From the IMG/VR virus record IMGVR_UViG_2908567220_000010: a stretch of 12,050 bases of DNA. The stretch is one strand, 5' to 3'. Every line of letters starts with the position of its first letter. Positions within the stretch are counted from its first letter, which is position 1. The DNA comes from a virus. Lineage: Duplodnaviria > Heunggongvirae > Uroviricota > Caudoviricetes. The position numbers and the translations under genes were made by a program. Of the stretch, positions 8,444 to 12,050 are shown in pieces. The notes beneath the pieces were generated by a model. The model saw only the letters and a list, made by a program, of their open reading frames with translations, was not told the origin of the DNA and made no database searches.

Positions 8444-9115
8444 TCAGCGACCAATCACCACAACCTGACCACCATCCCCTTCGTCTGCCGTGCTGATCTC
8501 CTGAGAAACCACGCGTGACCCCACGCGCATTTCCCCGTACAGAACAGGCAGAACATTGCCCTGGGCAACCATGTTATCCAGTGAGGAGAAATAGGTGTTC
8601 TGCTTACCGTTATCCGTTGTCTGTGTACGGGGAGTTCTGGCTTTCGGTGCCAGCATCTGCGCCACACCACCGAGCACCATACTGGCACCGAGAGAAAACA
8701 GGATGCCGGTCATACCACCGGCCCCAATGGCTGCCCCCCATGCTGCAAGGGTGGCTCCGGCGGTAAAGAATGATCCGGCAATGGCGGCAGCCCCCAGGAC
8801 AATCTGGAATACGCCACCTGACTTGGCCCCGGCGACTCTGGGAACAATATGAATCACAGCGCCATCAGGCAGAGTCTCATGTAACTGCGCCGTTAACCCG
8901 GACGTGCTGACGTCCCGCCCGGCAATCCGTACCTGATACCAGCCGTCGCTCAGTTTCTGACGAAACGCCGGGAGCTGTGTGGCCAGTGCCCGGATGGCTT
9001 CAGCCCCCGTTTTCACACGAAGGTCGATGCGGCGACCAAATCGTTGTAAATCCCCGTAAAGGCAGATGCGCGCCATGCCCGGTGACGCCAGAGGGAGTGT
9101 GTGCGTCGCTGCCAT
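8444..9115 (-). CDS. I: Tail tip assembly protein I
   Basis: 223-aa ORF, MAATHTLPLASPGMARICLYGDLQRFGRRIDL..., matching lambda gpI in sequence and length (223 aa). Gly/Ala-rich hydrophobic segment in the C-terminal half. Its start lies inside the 3' end of K in another frame, as in lambda. Confidence 0.93.
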   Translation of the reverse strand: MAATHTLPLASPGMARICLYGDLQRFGRRIDLRVKTGAEAIRALATQLPAFRQKLSDGWYQVRIAGRDVSTSGLTAQLHETLPDGAVIHIVPRVAGAKSGGVFQIVLGAAAIAGSFFTAGATLAAWGAAIGAGGMTGILFSLGASMVLGGVAQMLAPKARTPRTQTTDNGKQNTYFSSLDNMVAQGNVLPVLYGEMRVGSRVVSQEISTADEGDGGQVVVIGR

Positions 9116-9756
9116 TTGTCGGTGTACCTCTCTCGTTTGCTCAGTTGTTCAGGAATATGGTGCAGCAGCTCGCCGTCGCCGCAGTAAATTGCGGCGTGAT
9201 TCGGCACTGATGAACCAAAACAGCACAGCAGCACATCGCCCGGCTGTGCCGCTGACAACGGCACCTGATACAGCCCCGTCGCCTCCAGATTATCCAGATA
9301 GAGATTCTGGCCGTTACGCCACCAGTCATCCTCACGATGAAAGTCCGGCATCTCAATCCCCGCCAGATGATAAGCATCCCGGAACAGTGTGTAACAGTCC
9401 GTCACACCGTGCTCAAAGCGCCGCCCGGTGAGATGCGGCACACAGCGGAACTTATGAATCGTCCCCCGGCAGACCAGCCACCACGGCAAATCACTCTGCA
9501 CCTGCAGCCGCCGGTCGGCCTCACTCAGCCAGGGCAGACCACCGGGGTGGCTGTGGACCAGCGCCACAATCTCACCCTGCATCTCTGCCTGCAGCCAGTC
9601 CTCCGGAGCCATCCGGAAATACGCCTCCGGCTCACCGGAGATATTCACGCAGGGGAAATATCTTTCCCCCTCCGGCGTGCTTACCACGAAGCCGCACGAC
9701 TCCGCTGGCGCACATCGCCGGGCGTGCGCCAGAATCGCTGATTCTGTCTCTGTCAT
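9013..9756 (-). CDS. K: Tail tip assembly protein K, long form with JAMM/MPN and NlpC/P60 signatures
   Basis: The open frame runs 9013..9798 (261 codons from the first ATG). I place the start at the ATG at 9754-9756 (MTETESAIL..., 247 aa), 4 nt after the L stop. The classic lambda annotation (199 aa) corresponds to the internal Met at 9610-9612 (MAPEDWLQ...). The long form contains a complete JAMM metalloprotease signature H-S-H-x7-S-x2-D (aa 68-81, HSHPGGLPWLSEAD) and an NlpC/P60-like Cys/His set (GVTDCYTLF Cys121, VPNHAAIY His187). Confidence 0.85.
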   Translation of the reverse strand: MTETESAILAHARRCAPAESCGFVVSTPEGERYFPCVNISGEPEAYFRMAPEDWLQAEMQGEIVALVHSHPGGLPWLSEADRRLQVQSDLPWWLVCRGTIHKFRCVPHLTGRRFEHGVTDCYTLFRDAYHLAGIEMPDFHREDDWWRNGQNLYLDNLEATGLYQVPLSAAQPGDVLLCCFGSSVPNHAAIYCGDGELLHHIPEQLSKRERYTDKWQRRTHSLWRHRAWRASAFTGIYNDLVAASTFV

Positions 9757-9760
9757 GGGA

Positions 9761-10459
9761 TTACTGCGAAAGTTTGTTAATGGAAAGGAAGCCGCCAAAG
9801 TTGCCGACGTTATTGCGAAACTTACAGCCGCTCAGGCATTTGCTGCATTTATCCTTCGTGATATCGGACGTCGGCTGGTCATATTCATCCGCGACAGCCG
9901 GACCGCTATAACCGCACTCGTCACCGCGATAGGTCCAGGTGCAGGTGTTGGCCAGCATGATACGTCCCGGAAAAACAGCGCCATCCGTTTCCGTCGGCGT
10001 GGACAGTACAAAGGAGGCACTCACCGCGCTCAGTTCGCTGCACTGCTCAATGCGCCAGCGGCTGATCACCTCCTGCTCCGGATCGGCGTCACTGTTTCCG
10101 TTGACGAAGTTCACCGCATCCAGAAAACGGGCGTAAACCTTACGCCGGACCACCGTTCCGCCGACCAGACTCTGCATATCTTCCGCCATCCCGGTGACCA
10201 TACCGTACAGGTTAGAAACCGTCAGCGTGGGGCGCGTACTGGTGCCTTTGCCATTCAGTTCAAAACCGCTCCCCTGAATGGGATACGGCTGATACTGTCG
10301 CCCCTGCCAGGTGACCGGCTCACCTTTTTCGTTCTGCTCATTACAGAAAAAATAACGTTCTCCACCGACCTCTGTCAGGTCGATTTCCCAGAGCACCACG
10401 CTGGCCGACTGCTCCGCACGGGTGCATTCATTCAGTGTTTCCTGCCGGATATCCTGCAT
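9761..10459 (-). CDS. L: Minor tail protein L
   Basis: 232-aa ORF, MQDIRQETLNECTRAEQSASVVLWEIDLTEVGGERYFF..., matching lambda gpL in sequence and length. Cys cluster near the C-terminus (CSKCLSGCKF). Its start overlaps the M stop by 1 nt (TGATG on the minus strand, plus-strand 10457-10461). Confidence 0.95.
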   Translation of the reverse strand: MQDIRQETLNECTRAEQSASVVLWEIDLTEVGGERYFFCNEQNEKGEPVTWQGRQYQPYPIQGSGFELNGKGTSTRPTLTVSNLYGMVTGMAEDMQSLVGGTVVRRKVYARFLDAVNFVNGNSDADPEQEVISRWRIEQCSELSAVSASFVLSTPTETDGAVFPGRIMLANTCTWTYRGDECGYSGPAVADEYDQPTSDITKDKCSKCLSGCKFRNNVGNFGGFLSINKLSQ

Positions 10460-10788
10460 CAGTTCACCACCTGTTTAAACTCTGCGCTGAACCCAACACG
10501 CAACATACTGACCTGCGACGACCATTTTGCGCAGGTCACCTTTATCTGCCTGTAACCATAAGGCGGCGTCCACAGAAAGGCCTTCCAGCCCCCGTGCTCA
10601 GCCAGAAACGACTCCAGCGCCGTGGCCTCCTCACGGGAGACAGACAGCGTCACGCTGTACGTTTTCAGGTCAGCGTTCAGCCCGGCAGGCGCACGCTGGG
10701 AATAGCCATCACCAAAGCGCACCTCCCTGACGGAAGGAGCCGATGTCACATCCATCCCGGGTTTCACTTTCCAGCGGAAGGTTTTCAT
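10459..10788 (-). CDS. M: Minor tail protein M
   Basis: 109-aa ORF, MKTFRWKVKPGMDV..., matching lambda gpM in sequence and length. Start overlaps the H stop (ATGA, plus-strand 10785-10788). SD GGAGGTG lies upstream inside the H 3' end. Confidence 0.95.
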   Translation of the reverse strand: MKTFRWKVKPGMDVTSAPSVREVRFGDGYSQRAPAGLNADLKTYSVTLSVSREEATALESFLAEHGGWKAFLWTPPYGYRQIKVTCAKWSSQVSMLRVGFSAEFKQVVN

Positions 10789-12050
10789 CGTCCACCTCCG
10801 GAGAACAGACCACCATCGCGCATCTGTGCCTGGATTTCATCACGGGCACCCTTGCGGGCCATGTCATACACCGCCTTCATCATCTGTGGACCTGGCAGAC
10901 CATTCGTACCGTCGTTCTGAATCACCACGTTGTTGTTCTGCTCAAACCTGATACCCTCTGAACGCCGCATTTGCGCCGGACTTCCGGTGCCACCGACATA
11001 ACCGCCGGTGGCATAGCCGCGCATCAGCCGGTAGAGATTTCCCACGCCAATCCGGCTGGTTGCCTCCTTCGTGAAGACAAATTCACCACGGTGAACAATC
11101 CCCGCTGGCTCATATTTGCCGCCGGTTCCCGTAAATCCTCCGGTTGCAAAATGGAGTTTCGCCGCAGCGGCCTGAATGGCTGTACCGCCTGACGCGGATG
11201 CGCCGCCACCAACAGCCCCGCCAATAGCGCTGCCGATACTCCCGACAATCCCCACCATTGCCTGCTTAAGCAGAATTTCTGTCATCATGGACAGCACGGA
11301 ACGGGTGAAGCTGCGCCAGTTCTGTTCACTGCCGGTCAGCATCGCCGCCATATTCTGCGCAATACCATCAAAGGTCTGCGTGGCAGCACTTTTAACCTGC
11401 GACATACTGTCCGTGGCACTCTCTTCCCACTCACTCCAGCCTGACCTGAGGCCTGCCATCCAGCTCCCGCGAAGCTGGTCTTCAGCCGCCCAGGTCTTTT
11501 TCTGCTCTGACATGACGCTATTCAGCGCCAGCGGATTATCGCCATACTGTTCCTTCAGGCGCTGTTCCGTGGCGTCCCGCGCTGCCTGCCGGTCAGTCAG
11601 CCCCCGGTTTTTCGCCTCAATGGCTGCCCGTTTTGCCCGTTGCTGCTGTGCGAATTTATCCGCCTGCTGCGCCAGCGCGTTCAGGTGCTCCTGATACGTG
11701 ACCTTATCGCCAAGTGCAGCCAGCTGGCGTTTGTACTCCAGCGTCTCATCTTTATGCGCCAGCAGGGATTTCTCCTGTGCGGACAGCTGGCGACGTTGCG
11801 CCGCCTCCTCCAGTACCGCGAACTGACTTTCTGCCTTCCACAAATCCCGGCGCTGCTGGCTGATTTTCTCATTCGCTCCGGCATGCTTCTCCAGCGTCCG
11901 GAGTTCTGCCTGAAGCGTCAGCAGGGCAGCATGAGCACTGTCTTCCTGACGATCGCCCGCAGACACCTTCACGCCGGACTGTTTCGGCTTTTTCAGCGTC
12001 GCTTCATAATCCTTTTTCGCCGCCGCCATCAGCGTGTTGTAATCCGCCTG
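10785..12050 (-). CDS. H: Tail tape measure protein H, C-terminal portion (5' end lies beyond the right edge)
   Basis: The frame is open from the window edge (12050) to the stop at 10785-10787. The track reports it only from an internal Met at 12029. The translation ...QADYNTLMAAAKKDYEATLKKPKQSGVKVSAGDRQEDSAHAALLTLQAELRTLEKHAGANEKISQQRRDLW... to ...MRDGGLFSGGGR matches the C-terminal half of lambda gpH (853 aa), including the Gly-rich IGSAIGGAVGGGASASGG segment. Confidence 0.95.
   Translation of the reverse strand, partial: QADYNTLMAAAKKDYEATLKKPKQSGVKVSAGDRQEDSAHAALLTLQAELRTLEKHAGANEKISQQRRDLWKAESQFAVLEEAAQRRQLSAQEKSLLAHKDETLEYKRQLAALGDKVTYQEHLNALAQQADKFAQQQRAKRAAIEAKNRGLTDRQAARDATEQRLKEQYGDNPLALNSVMSEQKKTWAAEDQLRGSWMAGLRSGWSEWEESATDSMSQVKSAATQTFDGIAQNMAAMLTGSEQNWRSFTRSVLSMMTEILLKQAMVGIVGSIGSAIGGAVGGGASASGGTAIQAAAAKLHFATGGFTGTGGKYEPAGIVHRGEFVFTKEATSRIGVGNLYRLMRGYATGGYVGGTGSPAQMRRSEGIRFEQNNNVVIQNDGTNGLPGPQMMKAVYDMARKGARDEIQAQMRDGGLFSGGGR

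Noticed and set aside
9677-10920. + strand ORFs of 292 and 161 aa antisense to L, M and the H 3' end
   Set aside because: Antisense to lambda-identical L, M and H. The translations are Arg-rich with no domain signatures. Several other + strand ORFs between 7539 and 11694 are rejected for the same reason.
1-12050. Searched for CRISPR arrays, tRNA/rRNA genes, integrase or attachment sites, and defence-system genes
   Set aside because: No regularly spaced direct repeats with spacers, no tRNA-like cloverleaf candidates, and no ORFs outside the tail module. Everything from 396 to 12050 is accounted for by eight syntenic lambda-like tail genes.

Overview
The whole window is a single leftward-transcribed (minus-strand) block of a lambda-type siphovirus tail-tip and host-range module, almost certainly a lambdoid prophage or phage of an enterobacterium. 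Reading 5'->3' on the minus strand the order is: H (tape measure, C-terminal part, runs off the right edge) - M - L - K - I - J (central tail fibre / host specificity) - lom (outer-membrane moron) - a long side tail fibre gene (stf-like) - about 395 bp with no convincing gene. The H, M, L, K, I proteins and the N-terminus of J match what I recall of phage lambda nearly residue for residue, and the junctions show lambda-like translational coupling. I do not see a new multi-gene system such as a defence island, CRISPR array, RNA gene or integrase. The parts most worth a second look are the chimeric 1258-aa side tail fibre with a C-terminal self-cleaving chaperone-type domain, the J gene being 27 codons longer than lambda J, the terminator-insulated lom moron, and the hairpin-rich apparently non-coding left end. 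All + strand ORFs in the track lie antisense to these genes and look like artefacts. All homology statements are from reading the translations and from memory; no search or alignment was run.
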